From Thermoleophilia bacterium (GTDB lineage: Bacteria > Actinomycetota > Thermoleophilia > Gaiellales > Gaiellaceae): DNA of 52,028 nt. Positions 27,178 to 38,235 of this stretch are shown piece after piece. The translations under genes and the position numbers were made by a program. Numbering within the stretch: position 1 is the first letter of the stretch; every line of letters begins with the position of its first letter. The stretch covers positions 1-52,028 of the forward strand of contig JAICLU010000001.1 in the NCBI GenBank assembly GCA_025925195.1. The letters are read 5' to 3'. The notes beneath the pieces were generated by a model. That model saw only the letters and a list, made by a program, of their open reading frames with translations, did no database searches and had not been told where the DNA came from.

Positions 27178-28196
27178 GCGGTGATGCCGGCGAACGACGG
27201 GATGACGTCGTCACCGTACGCCTGCAGCGTCTCTTCCTGCCCGTGCGTCATCAGGTAGATGTTGAACTGGTCGACGCCCACCGCCTCGAGCTCCCGCAGC
27301 TTTGCCTTGATCTGCTCGGTGCTGCCGAGCACGCAGAACCGGTCGCAGATCTCGTCCGTCACGAACTCGCCGTGCTTCGCGCCGACGCGCGAGTGCTCGT
27401 TGTAGTCGTAGAACTTCCGCGCCTGCACGTAGTCGGTGAGCGCCTTCGGGACGGTGCTGCCGTCGGCGCCGTAGCGGTCGATGAGGTCCATGACGTGGTT
27501 CGACACCATCGCCGGGAACCACCGCACCTGCTCGCGCGCGTCTGCGAGATCGTCGGTGACGTGGCTCGGCGCGCCGACGATGCACTTGAGCTGCGAGGGA
27601 TCGCGGCCGGCCTCTTCCGCCGCGCGCCGCGCGGTGTCCATGATCCAGCTGATGATCTCGGGGTCGGCGAGCTGGATGATCACGCCGTCGGCGACGCGGC
27701 CCGCCACGGCGAGCGCCTTCGGCCCGTAGCCGGCGACCCACACCGGGATGTCGGGCAGCTCGGGCCGCACCCACTTCAGCTGCAGGTCGCGGTCGTTCCA
27801 GTCGACCTCACGGCCGTTCATGAAGTCGCGCACCATCCTGAGCGCCAGCTCGAACTGCGCGACCTTCATCGGCTGCTGCCCGATGTAGCGCACCGCCGAG
27901 TCGCCGCGTCCGACGCCCATCACCATGCGGCCGTCGGAGATGTCGTGCAGGGTCGCATACGAGCTCGCGAGCACGGTCGGCTCGCGCGTCGCCGCATTCG
28001 TCACGAAGTGCCCGAGCTTGACCTTCGAGGTCTCGCGCGCAGCGACGGCGAGCATCGGGAACGACTCCTGCCAGAGCACGTGCGAGTCGTACGTCCACGC
28101 GTAGCCGAAGCCATGGTGCTCGACGAGCTTGATCAGCTCGAGCCAGCGCGAGAACGGCGGATCCGGCAGGACGGTGACCCCGAACTCCATCGCCAT
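27174..28196 (-). CDS. LLM-class (luciferase-like) oxidoreductase, probably F420-dependent
   Basis: 'GYAWTYDSHVLWQE...KLGHFVTNAATREPTVLASSYATLHDISDGRMVMGVGRGDS' is the LLM fold pattern. 4-nt overlap with the downstream gene. Confidence 0.8.
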   Translation of the reverse strand: MAMEFGVTVLPDPPFSRWLELIKLVEHHGFGYAWTYDSHVLWQESFPMLAVAARETSKVKLGHFVTNAATREPTVLASSYATLHDISDGRMVMGVGRGDSAVRYIGQQPMKVAQFELALRMVRDFMNGREVDWNDRDLQLKWVRPELPDIPVWVAGYGPKALAVAGRVADGVIIQLADPEIISWIMDTARRAAEEAGRDPSQLKCIVGAPSHVTDDLADAREQVRWFPAMVSNHVMDLIDRYGADGSTVPKALTDYVQARKFYDYNEHSRVGAKHGEFVTDEICDRFCVLGSTEQIKAKLRELEAVGVDQFNIYLMTHGQEETLQAYGDDVIPSFAGITA

Positions 28197-28200
28197 GAGC

Positions 28201-29304
28201 CTACCGCGGGGTCGCGAGGGCGGCCAGAGCCGTCAGCACGCCGATCACGACGAAACCGATGCGCCCGTCGCCCGGCAGCGAGAACGTCAGGCCGACGAGC
28301 GGTGCGCCGGCGACGATCACGAGCGACGCCCAGGCGTTCACGAAGCCGACCGCCGCACCGGGTGCATCCGGCCGCGCCTGTGCGGCGCCGATGAACGCCT
28401 TCGCGAACGGCACGCCCGCAGCGAGGCCGACGACCGCGGCGCAGACGACGAGCACGGCGATCGGGAGCGGCATCGCGAGCAGGATCGCACCGACGCCGCC
28501 GACCACGAGGCTCGTGGCGATCAATGCGCGGGCGTTCGGTCGCGAGAGAATCGAGCCACCCCAGATGCGCGTGAAGAACCCGAGGAGCAGGGTCAGCGAC
28601 CCGGCCGCGGACGCGACCGCCTTCCCGTGACCGTGGTGCTCGAGCAGCGTCACGACCCAGTTGCCGACGACGACGCTGAACCCGAACGACATCGCGTGGA
28701 TCGCTGCCAGCCGGTAGAGCCGGGCGTCCCGAAAGAAGCCGAGATCGAGCCGCTCGCCGGCGTGCCTGACGGTGCGCACCGTCGCGGGCGCCAGCGCGAG
28801 GAGCGCGACGCATGTGACACAGACGGCGATCGCGCTGAAGTACGGCGCGCGCCAGCCGAAGGCGTCGGCGAGCGAGGGGACGACCGCGACCGCGATACCC
28901 GGTGCGAGCACAGAGCCGCCGCCGTACATCCCCTGCAGGAGCGGACCGCCGCCGCGGACGCGGATGTAGTCGCTGCCGCCGACGAACGCGAAGCCGGTGC
29001 CGACGCCGACGACGGCGCGGCCGACGAACGCGAGTACCGGCTGGGGCGCAGGCAGCGAGATTGCGTTGCCCACGACCACGAGCACGAGCCCGAGCAAAGC
29101 GCTCGTCCTCGCACCCCAGCGGTCGGCGGCGCGGCCGCCCGGCACCTGCATCAGCATGTGCATCACGAACTGCACGGTCACGAACGCGCCGACGACGGCG
29201 AGCCCGACGCCGTAGACGTGCGACAGCCGCGTCGCGACCGGACCGAGGATCGCGATGTTCCAGCCGACGGCGACGCCGACCCCGATCCCCCCGACGCGCC
29301 ACAC
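28201..29304 (-). CDS. MFS transporter
   Basis: 'QVPGGRAADRWGAR' fits MFS motif A. About 12 hydrophobic helices. GTG 29304 is chosen; TTG 29346 is the alternative. The rest of the 558-aa ORF is antisense to the ABC ATPase gene. Confidence 0.75.
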   Translation of the reverse strand: MWRVGGIGVGVAVGWNIAILGPVATRLSHVYGVGLAVVGAFVTVQFVMHMLMQVPGGRAADRWGARTSALLGLVLVVVGNAISLPAPQPVLAFVGRAVVGVGTGFAFVGGSDYIRVRGGGPLLQGMYGGGSVLAPGIAVAVVPSLADAFGWRAPYFSAIAVCVTCVALLALAPATVRTVRHAGERLDLGFFRDARLYRLAAIHAMSFGFSVVVGNWVVTLLEHHGHGKAVASAAGSLTLLLGFFTRIWGGSILSRPNARALIATSLVVGGVGAILLAMPLPIAVLVVCAAVVGLAAGVPFAKAFIGAAQARPDAPGAAVGFVNAWASLVIVAGAPLVGLTFSLPGDGRIGFVVIGVLTALAALATPR

Positions 29305-29357
29305 TCGGGCGAGCGTAAACGTGTGCCGGCATCGATGCCGGCACAAGGCGCCGTGAT

Positions 29358-30521
29358 CTAGCGGATCGCTGTGCCGGTCCCCAGGTCGAAGAAGTGGAGA
29401 CGGCCAGGCTCGAGCGCCAGCTCGATCGCCTCTCCGATGCGCGCGCCGTCCTCGGGTGCGAGCGCTGCGACGACGTGGACGGTGGAGCCGTTGCGCGCGA
29501 GTGTCTCGTCGCCGTCGAGCAGCGCTTCGAGCGTCTCGTCGGTCGACACCGGCTTGCCCGCCAGCTCGACGTGAACCAGCTGCGACGAGCCGAGCGACTC
29601 CGTCAGCACCACGCGGCCGACGAAACGAAGCTCGTCGGCGGGCGCCGCCCGCCGGACGTGTTCGGGCCGGAAACCGAGTGCGACGGCGCGGCCCGCATAG
29701 CCGCGCAGCCCGGGCGGTGGGCCGGCGAGCGGCAGCACGCTCTCGCCGACCCGGCAGGTGGAGGCGTCGCCGTCGGATCCCACGGCCGCCTCGACGAAGT
29801 TCATCGCCGGGCTGCCGATGAAGCTCGCGACGAACAGGTTGACCGGACGGTCGTACAGCTCCTGTGGCGGTGCGCATTGCTGCAGCCGGCCGCGACGGAG
29901 CACAGCGACGCGATCGCCCATCGTCATCGCCTCCACCTGGTCGTGCGTCACATAGATCGTCGTGGCGGCGAGCTCGCGCTGCAGCCGGGCGATCTCGCCG
30001 CGCATCTGGACGCGAAGCTTGGCGTCGAGGTTCGAGAGCGGCTCGTCCATCAGGAACGCCTGCGGATCGCGGACGATCGCCCGGCCCATCGCGACACGCT
30101 GCCGCTGTCCGCCGGAAAGTTGGCCGGGCCGGCGGTGCAGCAGCCCGTCGAGACCGAGCGAACGCGCCGCACCGTCGACGCGCGTCCGGATCTCCTGCTT
30201 CGCCACGTGGCGCGCGCGCAGACCGAACGCCATGTTCTGAAAGACGTCCATGTGTGGGTAGAGGGCGTAGTTCTGGAACACCATCGCCACGTTCCGGCGG
30301 CGGGACGGCAGGTCGTGCACGGGCCGGTCGCCGATCCGGATCTCACCCGCACTGACGTCCTCGAGCCCGGCGACCATGCGCAGTGCCGTGGTCTTCCCGC
30401 AGCCGGACGGCCCGACGAGGACCATGAACTCTCCGTCCTCGACCTCCAGCGACAGCGCGTCGAGCGCGCGCGTTCCGTCGTCGAAGATCTTCTCCACCCG
30501 GTCGAACGAGACGGCTGCCAC
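29358..30521 (-). CDS. Sugar ABC transporter ATP-binding protein (MalK/MsiK/UgpC type)
   Basis: Walker A 'GPSGCGKTT', signature 'LSGGQRQRV', Walker B '[11 protein letters not shown]', and a C-terminal regulatory (TOBE-like) domain. Confidence 0.92.
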   Translation of the reverse strand: MAAVSFDRVEKIFDDGTRALDALSLEVEDGEFMVLVGPSGCGKTTALRMVAGLEDVSAGEIRIGDRPVHDLPSRRRNVAMVFQNYALYPHMDVFQNMAFGLRARHVAKQEIRTRVDGAARSLGLDGLLHRRPGQLSGGQRQRVAMGRAIVRDPQAFLMDEPLSNLDAKLRVQMRGEIARLQRELAATTIYVTHDQVEAMTMGDRVAVLRRGRLQQCAPPQELYDRPVNLFVASFIGSPAMNFVEAAVGSDGDASTCRVGESVLPLAGPPPGLRGYAGRAVALGFRPEHVRRAAPADELRFVGRVVLTESLGSSQLVHVELAGKPVSTDETLEALLDGDETLARNGSTVHVVAALAPEDGARIGEAIELALEPGRLHFFDLGTGTAIR

Positions 30522-30541
30522 GGTTCCTCCCTTGCGGGTTG

Positions 30542-31594
30542 TCAGGGGCGCGGGTGCGCGGTGCTCTGGCGGACGACGAGGCTCGCGGGGAGCAGGCGGG
30601 GGCCCCCGGGGACGTCGGTGCCGGCAATCCGGTCGAGGAGAATGCCGGCCGCCTGCTCACCGACCTCCTGCATCGGCTGATGGACGGTCGTCAGGGGCGG
30701 GTCGACGTAGGCGGCCACGGGCAGGTCGTCGTAGCCGATCACCGAGACGTCCTCGGGGACCCGCAGCCCGCGCGACCTCAGGCAGCGGATGGCGCCGAGC
30801 GCGATCAGGTCGCTGTGCGCGAAGATCGCCGTGATCGGGCGGCCTGCCGCGAACAAGCGCTCCGTCGCGCCGTACCCGCTCTCGAGGCCCCAGTCGGGCG
30901 CGTGCTCGACGAGCGCCGGATCCTCCGGGATGCCGGCCCGGCGAAGAGCCGCCCGGTGGCCGGCAAGCCGCGCTTCGGCCGAGGGCCACTCGCGCGGACC
31001 GACGATCGTGGCGATCGTCCGGTGGCCGAGCTCGATCAGGTGGGCGGTCGCATCGAGCCCGCCCTGGAGGTTGTCGACGTCGACGACCGTCACGCCGGGC
31101 AGCTGCAGCGAGCCGATGGAGACGATCGGGATCGCCGCCCTCGTCGCGCGCTCGATCTGGTCGGGCGCGATGACGACTCCAGGTCGGGCGAGGATCAGCC
31201 CTTCGACCCGCCGGTCGAGCATCAGACGCAGGTAGCCGGCGCCCTCTTCGTCGTGCGCGAACTCCTCGACCGACCCGACGATGAGATAATAGTTCCGGCG
31301 CCGCGCCTCGGCCTCGGCCCCGGCGACGGCGCGGGCGAAGAACCCGTCGGAGACGTCGGCGGTGACCATCCCAAGCGTGTGCGTCCGGTTCGAGATCAAC
31401 CCGCGCGCCATCGGGCTCGGCACATAGCCGAGTTGCGCGATCGCGTCGAGGACGCGCCTCCGCGTCGGTTCGGCAACGCTCGCCTGGTCGTTGATGACGC
31501 GCGACACCGTCTGGTGCGAGACCGCGGCGAGCGCCGCGACGTCGCGGATCGTCGCCCGCTTGGCGAGCGGCGGGTCGAGCTGGTGACCGGTCAC
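30542..31594 (-). CDS. LacI family transcriptional regulator
   Basis: HTH 'ATIRDVAALAAVSHQTVSRVIN' plus a periplasmic-binding-protein-like effector domain. GTG start. Confidence 0.92.
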   Translation of the reverse strand: MTGHQLDPPLAKRATIRDVAALAAVSHQTVSRVINDQASVAEPTRRRVLDAIAQLGYVPSPMARGLISNRTHTLGMVTADVSDGFFARAVAGAEAEARRRNYYLIVGSVEEFAHDEEGAGYLRLMLDRRVEGLILARPGVVIAPDQIERATRAAIPIVSIGSLQLPGVTVVDVDNLQGGLDATAHLIELGHRTIATIVGPREWPSAEARLAGHRAALRRAGIPEDPALVEHAPDWGLESGYGATERLFAAGRPITAIFAHSDLIALGAIRCLRSRGLRVPEDVSVIGYDDLPVAAYVDPPLTTVHQPMQEVGEQAAGILLDRIAGTDVPGGPRLLPASLVVRQSTAHPRP

Positions 31595-31627
31595 ATGCCC
31601 CCTTGACGTTTCGTCGTCATACCGTCA

Positions 31628-31641
31628 TGTTACCGATCACA
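31628..31641. promoter_or_regulatory. LacI-type operator candidate TGTTACCGATCACA
   Basis: 14-bp pseudo-palindrome with a central CG, matching the generic LacI-family pattern TGT.A.CG.T.ACA. It lies in the LacI/binding-protein divergent spacer. Confidence 0.5.
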
Positions 31642-31646
31642 CGGTC

Positions 31647-31662
31647 ATGTGACCAGTCACAT
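31647..31662. promoter_or_regulatory. Second palindrome ATGTGAC-CA-GTCACAT
   Basis: Perfect 7-bp inverted arms, 6 nt after the first site and 25 nt before the binding-protein start. Confidence 0.45.
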
Positions 31663-31686
31663 CCTCGCCATCCAGGAGGGACAGCA

Positions 31687-32979
31687 GTGGACGGGAGACA
31701 CATGCTTCGGCGCTTCGGGGGACGTTCGGCTGCGGCCGTAGCGTTCGTCGTCGCGCTCGTCGTGGCGACCGGCGCCGGGGCTGCACACCGGTCGACCACC
31801 CTGACGATCTGGTGCTGGACGCCGACCGACGACGCGCTGAAGAGCGCCGATGCGGGCTTCACGAAGGCGCATCCGGACATCTCGCTCAATTACGTTCAGA
31901 TCAAGCCGGCCGACGTCTATCAGAAGCTGCAGCTCGGAGCGGCCGCAGGCAGCGGCTTCCCCGACGTCAGCTGTCTCGAGGACTCGCACCTCGCGCAGTT
32001 CACGAAGCTCGGCATCCTCGCCGACATCACGAAGCAGGCCGCGCCCTACAAGAAGCAGATTCAGGCCTACAAGTGGACCCAAGAGACGGTCAACGGGCAC
32101 ATCTACGCGTTTCCGTGGGACGCAGGCCCGATGGCGCTCTTCTACCGGCGGAGCGTCTTCAAGCAGGCGCACATCCAGCCGACGTCGATCCATACGTGGA
32201 ACGACTTCTACAAGGCCGGTCTGAAGCTGAAGAAGCTCGGGATCCCGATCTGGTTGCAGTCGAAGGCGCAGAACGACGCGCGCTTCTTCGAGGATCTCCT
32301 CTGGCAGCAGGGCCTCGGCTACGTCAACGCGAAGGGCGACGTCGTCCTCGACAAGAGCCCGAAGATCCTGTCGACGCTCGAGTTCATGGGGAAGATGTGG
32401 AACGCCGGCCTGTTCGGCGACCTCGCCGAATGGACCGACCCCTGGTACAAGGCGATCAACGACGGCAAGGTCGCGACGCTGCCGATGGCGGCCTGGATGG
32501 GCACCTTCCTCAAGAGCTGGCTCGCGCCCAAGACGTCCGGTGACTGGGGTGTCGTACCGCTCCCGTCGTGGACGCCGCACGGCGCCCAGACCGCAAACGA
32601 CGGCGGCTCGTCGCTCGCGATCATGAAGTCGAGCTCGAACGCTGCCGCTGCGTGGCAGTACGTGCAGTGGCATCTCGGACGCGCCGACGTGCAGGCGCAC
32701 ACCTACCAGCAGACCGACCTCTTCCCGTCGCTCGAGTCGGCCTGGCGGAGCCCGTACATGCGCCAGCCCGACCCGTACTACGGCGGCCAGAAAGATCGGC
32801 TGCTGTTCGAGCAGCTCGCACGGAAGATCCCCGTTGCGCACGTCTATTCGAGCGACTACGAGCAGATGGACTCGCTGATGTCGGCCGAGCTCCAGAAGTA
32901 CGCGCTCGGGAAGGAGACTGCGCAGCAGGCGCTCAAGAATGCCGCGAACGCCATCCGTTCGAGGACCGGCCGGTCGTAG
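31687..32979 (+). CDS. Sugar ABC transporter substrate-binding protein (family 1)
   Basis: GTG 31687 lies 7 nt after AGGAGG; ATG 31702 is the alternative. Signal peptide 'AAAVAFVVALVVATGAGAA'. Typical SBP_bac_1 composition with many W/Y/K. Confidence 0.85.
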   Translation: MDGRHMLRRFGGRSAAAVAFVVALVVATGAGAAHRSTTLTIWCWTPTDDALKSADAGFTKAHPDISLNYVQIKPADVYQKLQLGAAAGSGFPDVSCLEDSHLAQFTKLGILADITKQAAPYKKQIQAYKWTQETVNGHIYAFPWDAGPMALFYRRSVFKQAHIQPTSIHTWNDFYKAGLKLKKLGIPIWLQSKAQNDARFFEDLLWQQGLGYVNAKGDVVLDKSPKILSTLEFMGKMWNAGLFGDLAEWTDPWYKAINDGKVATLPMAAWMGTFLKSWLAPKTSGDWGVVPLPSWTPHGAQTANDGGSSLAIMKSSSNAAAAWQYVQWHLGRADVQAHTYQQTDLFPSLESAWRSPYMRQPDPYYGGQKDRLLFEQLARKIPVAHVYSSDYEQMDSLMSAELQKYALGKETAQQALKNAANAIRSRTGRS

Positions 32980-33012
32980 CCGTTGGCGGTCCTCGACCAG
33001 TCGTCCGACTCG

Positions 33013-33951
33013 ATGAGCCCGGCCGTCCGCCCCACGCGGACGGCCGGGCGCCTCTCGCTTCGGCGCCGGGCCACGCGAGCCGGGTGGCCCCTGCTCTTCG
33101 TCGCGCCGTTCTTCGTGCTCTTCGCACTCTTCAGCCTCTACCCGCTCGGCTTCTCGCTCTGGCTGTCCTTTCGCGACTGGTCGCTGAACGGGCCGGCGCG
33201 GTGGATCGGGCTCGCGAACTATCGAGCCCTCTTCCACGACTCCCTCTTCTGGCAGTCGATGCTGAACTGCGCGCTGCTCTTTCTCGTCTACGTGCCGCTG
33301 ATGACGCTGCTCGCACTCGTGCTCGCGGTCCTCCTGAACAGCCGCTACGTGCGCCTGCAGGGGCTCTGGCGGACACTGCTGTTCCTGCCGTACATCATGT
33401 CGGGCACCGTCGCGGCGGCATTCACCTTTCAGCTGATGCTCGACCGGAACGCCGGCTACGCGAACAAATTTCTCGGCTTCCTCGGTGTCTCGCCCGTGCC
33501 CTGGCTCGACAGCACATGGTGGGCGCGCATCTCGCTCGGTCTACTCGTCATGTGGGCGTGGCTCGGCTACAACATGCTGATCATGCTCGCGGGGCTGCAG
33601 GCGATCCCGCCTGAGCTCGCCGAGGCGGCGCGGGTGGACGGCGCCGGGCCCATCCGCATCTTCGCGCGCGTCACCGTTCCGCTGCTGCGGCCGGTGATCG
33701 TCTTCTCGGTGACGCTGTCGATCATCGGCACCTTCTCGCTCTTCACGGAGCCGCTGCTGCTCACGAACGGCGGACCGGCAAACGCGACGACGACCCCGGT
33801 ACTGCAGATCTGGCAGAACACGTTCTCGTTCCTGCGCGTCGGCTACAGCGCCGCGATGTCCTGGATCTATTTCGCGGTGATCGTCGTCCTCGCCCTGACG
33901 CAGTACGTCCTCGTCAGCCGTCGCGACCGCTATCTCGAGGCCCGGCGATGA
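33013..33951 (+). CDS. Sugar ABC transporter permease (MalF/UgpA-like)
   Basis: 'FVAPFFVLFALFSLYPLGFSLWLSFRDW' and EAA loop 'PELAEAARVDGAGPIRIF'. ATG 33013 or TTG 32983. Confidence 0.88.
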   Translation: MSPAVRPTRTAGRLSLRRRATRAGWPLLFVAPFFVLFALFSLYPLGFSLWLSFRDWSLNGPARWIGLANYRALFHDSLFWQSMLNCALLFLVYVPLMTLLALVLAVLLNSRYVRLQGLWRTLLFLPYIMSGTVAAAFTFQLMLDRNAGYANKFLGFLGVSPVPWLDSTWWARISLGLLVMWAWLGYNMLIMLAGLQAIPPELAEAARVDGAGPIRIFARVTVPLLRPVIVFSVTLSIIGTFSLFTEPLLLTNGGPANATTTPVLQIWQNTFSFLRVGYSAAMSWIYFAVIVVLALTQYVLVSRRDRYLEARR

Positions 33952-34787
33952 CCTTCGCAGTCCGGCGTGACCATGTCGCGCGCATCGCGGTCTACCTCGT
34001 GCTCGCGGCGATCTCGGCATTCATGGTCTTTCCGTTCGTCTGGATGCTCGTGTCGTCGCTGAAACCGTTCCCCGAGATCTTCTCCGGCGCGCACTTCTTG
34101 CCCGAGCATTGGACGCTTCACAATTTTGCGTCGTTCTTCCACCAGACGAACGCGGCCCGCGCCCTGTGGAACAGCTTCTACATCGCGACGGCGACGACGG
34201 CGCTCTCGCTCTTCCTTTGCGCGCTCGGCGGCTACGGCTTCGCGAAGTTCCGCTTTCCCGGCCGCACCCTGCTGTTCGCGTTCGTGATCGCGACGCTCGC
34301 CGTCCCGTTCGCGGCGATCGTCGTGCCGCTGTTCGTGATGATGCGAAACACCTTCCACTGGGTCGACACGCCGTGGCCGCTGATCGTCCCGTCGGCCGCG
34401 AACGCGTTCGGGATCTTCTTCATGCGGCAGTACATGCTGTCGATCCCGGACGAGATCCTCGACGCCGCGCGCGTGGACGGCGCGTCGGAGCCGCGCATCT
34501 TCCTACGCGTCGTGCTGCCGGTGTGCGCGCCGGCACTGATCAGTCTCGGGATCATCGTCTTCATCGCCAGCTGGAACGGGTTCCTCTGGCCGCTCGTCGT
34601 GCTGCCGTCGCCGCAGCACTGGACGCTGCCGCTCGTGCTCCGCTCGCTGCAAGGGCCGCCGGGGCGCACGCCGTACGACGTGCTGATGGCGGGCTCCGTC
34701 GTGAGCACGCTGCCGCTCGTCATCGGCTTCCTCGTCTTCCAGCGGCGACTCGTCTCGGGGATCATGGCGGGAACGGTGAAAGGCTGA
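33948..34787 (+). CDS. Sugar ABC transporter permease (MalG/UgpE-like)
   Basis: ATGA overlap. 'FPFVWMLVSSLKP' and EAA loop 'DEILDAARVDGASEPRIF'. Confidence 0.9.
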   Translation: MTFAVRRDHVARIAVYLVLAAISAFMVFPFVWMLVSSLKPFPEIFSGAHFLPEHWTLHNFASFFHQTNAARALWNSFYIATATTALSLFLCALGGYGFAKFRFPGRTLLFAFVIATLAVPFAAIVVPLFVMMRNTFHWVDTPWPLIVPSAANAFGIFFMRQYMLSIPDEILDAARVDGASEPRIFLRVVLPVCAPALISLGIIVFIASWNGFLWPLVVLPSPQHWTLPLVLRSLQGPPGRTPYDVLMAGSVVSTLPLVIGFLVFQRRLVSGIMAGTVKG

Positions 34788-36805
34788 TGGCGCGGCTCGG
34801 CGTCGACTACTACCCCGAGCAGTGGCCGCGCGCGCGCTGGGAGCAGGACGCCGACCTGATGGCGGAGGCCGGGATCTCGATCGTCCGGATCGCCGAGTTC
34901 GCCTGGTCCGAGCTCGAACCGTCCCCGGGCACCTTCGCCTTCGACTGGCTCGACGAGGCGATCGACCTGCTCGCCGCGCGAGGCCTCGCGATCGTCCTCG
35001 GAACGCCGACCGCCGCGCCGCCCGCCTGGCTCGTCGAGGCGCACCCCGAGATCCTTCCCCGGCGCGCCGACCGGCGGCTTCACGGCTTCGGCCACCGGCG
35101 CCACTACTGCCCGAACCAGCCGGCGATGCATGCTGCGACCCGCCGCATCGTGGCCGCACTTGGCGAGCACTACGGCAAGGACGAGCGGATCGAGGCGTGG
35201 CAGATCGACAACGAGCTGATGGGGCGCTGCACATGCGACGCCTGCCTGGCGCGCTTCCACGATTGGCTGCGCGGGCGCTACGGGTCGATCGACGCGCTGA
35301 ACGAGAGCTGGGGCACGGTGTTCTGGAGCCAGCGGTACGACGACTTCGCGCAGGTGCCGCTGCCGGAGCTCGGCCAGGTGCCGCCGTACGGCTTCGGGCG
35401 TGAAGCGCCGAGCCCGTCGCTCGCGCTCGACTACCGCCGATTCACCTCCGACAGCCACATCGCGTTCCTGCGGCTCCAGGTCGGCGAGCTCCGCCCGCGG
35501 ATCGGGCCGCAGCAGCGGATCACGACCAACCTGATGGGCTTCAAGTTCGCCGAGATCGACTACCACGCCCTGTCGGCGGAGATCGACGTCGTCGCGTGGG
35601 ACAACTATCCGCTACTCGACCCTACGGGCCGCTGGTCGTCGCCGGCGCTCGCCGCCGATGCGATGCGCGGTCTGAAGCGCGCCCCGTTCTGGGTGCTCGA
35701 GCAGCAGACGGGCGCCGTCGGCTGGGAGGTGCTGCGCACACCGCGACGCGGCCAGATGCGGCTGCACTCGTATCAGGCGATCGCGCACGGCGCCGAGCTC
35801 GTCTCGTACTTCCGCTGGCGGACGGCACGGTTCGGGACGGAGCAGCACTGGTACGGCGTTCTCGACGCGCACGGCCGGCCCGGCCGGCGGTACCACGAGC
35901 TCGCAGAGCTGGGACGCGAGCTCGAGCAGGTGGCAGGCGCGCTCGACGGCGCCGAGCCCGTATCGGTCGCGGCCCTCCTCCACGACTACGACTCGCGATT
36001 CGCTCTGCAGATCCAGCCGACGAATCCGTCACTCGGGTACGAGGAGACGGTTCAACGGCACTACGAGGCGGTGCGGCGGCTCGGCGTGGGAGTCGACGTG
36101 CTCGCACCGACCGCGCCCCTCTCGGAATATCGGCTCGTCGTCGCGCCGAACCTCTACGTGGTGGACGAGGCCCTGGCCGCGGCCCTCCACGGCTACGTCG
36201 AGGCCGGAGGCACGCTCGTGCTCGCCCCCCGGGCCGGCGTCAAGGATCGGTGCAACGTCGTTCCCGAGCTGCCGTTCCCGGCGCTTCTCGCCGGCCTCGC
36301 CGGCGTGGAGGTGGTCGACGTCGCCAGCGTTCTCGACGCAGATCCGGTGCAGTTCGCCGGCGTCGACGGCGGCCCGGACGGCGCCTTCCACGGCTGGTAC
36401 GAGCAGGTCGAGCCGGCCGCGGATGCGCGTGCGCTCGCGATCTACGAGGACGGTGAGTTCGCCGAGACACCGGCGATCGTCTCGCATCCGGTCGGCGACG
36501 GCCGCGTGCTCTATGTGGCCGGGGCCGCCGACCAGGCGACACTCGACCGGCTGTATCGCGCAGTCGCGCCGGAGGCCGGCATCGCTGTCGCTGAGCTCCC
36601 GGACGGTGTCGAGTGCATACAGCTTCGCGGCGCCGAGACGCTGCTCGTGCTGCTGAACCACGCCGACGAGGAACGGGACGTGCCGCTCGACGGCGGCCGC
36701 CGCGACCTGCTCGCCGGGGTCGACCACGACCGCTCGATCCGACTGGCCCCGTTCGGTGTCGCCGTGCTCGCGCCCGTACGGGCCGCGATCGGCGCGGAGA
36801 AGTGA
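34787..36805 (+). CDS. Glycoside hydrolase family 42 (beta-galactosidase / possible alpha-L-arabinopyranosidase)
   Basis: '[10 protein letters not shown]', acid/base 'WQIDNE', Cys cluster 'YCPN...GRCTCDAC', nucleophile region 'FWVLEQQTG'. The ATG shares its A with the upstream TGA stop (1-nt overlap). Confidence 0.9.
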   Translation: MARLGVDYYPEQWPRARWEQDADLMAEAGISIVRIAEFAWSELEPSPGTFAFDWLDEAIDLLAARGLAIVLGTPTAAPPAWLVEAHPEILPRRADRRLHGFGHRRHYCPNQPAMHAATRRIVAALGEHYGKDERIEAWQIDNELMGRCTCDACLARFHDWLRGRYGSIDALNESWGTVFWSQRYDDFAQVPLPELGQVPPYGFGREAPSPSLALDYRRFTSDSHIAFLRLQVGELRPRIGPQQRITTNLMGFKFAEIDYHALSAEIDVVAWDNYPLLDPTGRWSSPALAADAMRGLKRAPFWVLEQQTGAVGWEVLRTPRRGQMRLHSYQAIAHGAELVSYFRWRTARFGTEQHWYGVLDAHGRPGRRYHELAELGRELEQVAGALDGAEPVSVAALLHDYDSRFALQIQPTNPSLGYEETVQRHYEAVRRLGVGVDVLAPTAPLSEYRLVVAPNLYVVDEALAAALHGYVEAGGTLVLAPRAGVKDRCNVVPELPFPALLAGLAGVEVVDVASVLDADPVQFAGVDGGPDGAFHGWYEQVEPAADARALAIYEDGEFAETPAIVSHPVGDGRVLYVAGAADQATLDRLYRAVAPEAGIAVAELPDGVECIQLRGAETLLVLLNHADEERDVPLDGGRRDLLAGVDHDRSIRLAPFGVAVLAPVRAAIGAEK

Positions 36806-38235
36806 GCGACCTCTGGCTCGTCACCGGCTCGCAGCATCTCTACGGGCCGGCGACGCTCGCCCGCGTCGAGGAGCACGGTCGCGGGATCGCAGCGGCGCTC
36901 GACGGCGCGCTCTCGGAGCGGGGCCTGCCGGTCGGTGTCAGGCATCGCGGCCCGGTTGCGAGCGCCGACGAGATCCGCAGGGTCTGCCTCGAGGCGACGG
37001 CCGACGACGACTGCCTCGGCTTGATCGTCTGGGCGCACACCTTCTCGCCTGCGAAATCGTGGCTGCGCGGGCTGGTGGCGCTCGGCAAGCCGCTGCTCCA
37101 CCTCCACACGCAGTTCAACCGCGAGCTGCCCTGGGCGGAGATCGACATGGACTTCATGAATCTCAACCAGTCGGCTCACGGCGATCGAGAGCTCGCGCAC
37201 GCCCTCGCCCGCGCCGACGTCCGGCGCACGACGGTCGCGGGACACTGGCAGGACCCGGCTGTCCTCGCCCGGCTCGACACGTGGACGCGCGCGGCACTCG
37301 GCTGGCACGAGGCGCAGAGACTGCGGATCGCACGGTTCGGCGACAACATGCGGCGGGTCGCCGTCACGGAGGGCGACAAGGTCGAGGCCGAGCTCCGGCT
37401 CGGCATGGCCGTCGACGGCTACGGCGTCGGGGAGCTTGCGGCCGTGGTCGGCGACGCCGCCGACGAAACGGTGGACGAGCTCCTCCGCGCCTACGAGAAC
37501 GAATATGAGGTCGCGCCGGAGCTCCGGGAGGACGGCGAGCGGCGGGCGTCGCTCCGGGAGGCCGCACGAATCGAGGCGGGGCTGCGTGCCTTTCTCGAGG
37601 ACGGCGGTTTCTGCGCATTCACCGACACGTTCGAGGACCTGGGAGCCCTCCGGCAGCTGCCGGGGATCGCCGCGCAGCGGCTGATGGCCGACGGCTACGG
37701 CTTCGGCGCCGAGGGCGACTGGAAGACGGCGGCGCTCGTGCGAATCGCCAAGGTGATGGCGACCGGCCTTCCGGGCGGCACGTCGTTCATGGAGGACTAC
37801 ACGTACGACCTGACGCCCGGCGACGAGAAGGTGCTCGGCGCGCACATGCTCGAGGTCTGCCCTTCGATCGCCGGCAGCCGTCCGCGGTGCGAGGTTCACC
37901 CGCTCGCGATCGGCAGCCGCGACGACCCGGTGCGACTCGTCTTCACCGCGCATCCCGGCGCGGCGGTCGTCGCCGCGCTCTTCGACCGCGGTGACGGCCT
38001 GCGCTTGCTCGTCAACGAAGTCGACGTCGTCGAGCCGGACGCCCCGCTGCTGCGGCTACCCGTCGGGCACGCTGTCTGGCGACCGCGGCCGAGCTTCGCC
38101 GCGGCCGCCGAGGCGTGGCTCACCGCCGGTGGCCCCCACCACACGGTGCTCAGCTTCCCGCTCGGTACAGAGGTGTGGGTGGATTTCGCGACGATCGCCG
38201 GCCTCGAGCTGACGGAGGTCGCCCGTGACGGCTGA
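36802..38235 (+). CDS. araA: L-arabinose isomerase
   Basis: '[12 protein letters not shown]', 'FSPAKSW', '[11 protein letters not shown]', '[18 protein letters not shown]' and '[10 protein letters not shown]' are AraA hallmarks. GTGA overlap with GH42. Confidence 0.93.
   Translation: MSDLWLVTGSQHLYGPATLARVEEHGRGIAAALDGALSERGLPVGVRHRGPVASADEIRRVCLEATADDDCLGLIVWAHTFSPAKSWLRGLVALGKPLLHLHTQFNRELPWAEIDMDFMNLNQSAHGDRELAHALARADVRRTTVAGHWQDPAVLARLDTWTRAALGWHEAQRLRIARFGDNMRRVAVTEGDKVEAELRLGMAVDGYGVGELAAVVGDAADETVDELLRAYENEYEVAPELREDGERRASLREAARIEAGLRAFLEDGGFCAFTDTFEDLGALRQLPGIAAQRLMADGYGFGAEGDWKTAALVRIAKVMATGLPGGTSFMEDYTYDLTPGDEKVLGAHMLEVCPSIAGSRPRCEVHPLAIGSRDDPVRLVFTAHPGAAVVAALFDRGDGLRLLVNEVDVVEPDAPLLRLPVGHAVWRPRPSFAAAAEAWLTAGGPHHTVLSFPLGTEVWVDFATIAGLELTEVARDG

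Noticed and set aside
31603-31631. TTGACG at 31603-08 as a -35 box for the sugar importer operon.
   Set aside because: No TANNNT-type -10 hexamer lies 16-19 nt downstream (CATGTT, TCATGT). The promoter is therefore left unannotated; only the operator-like palindromes are reported.
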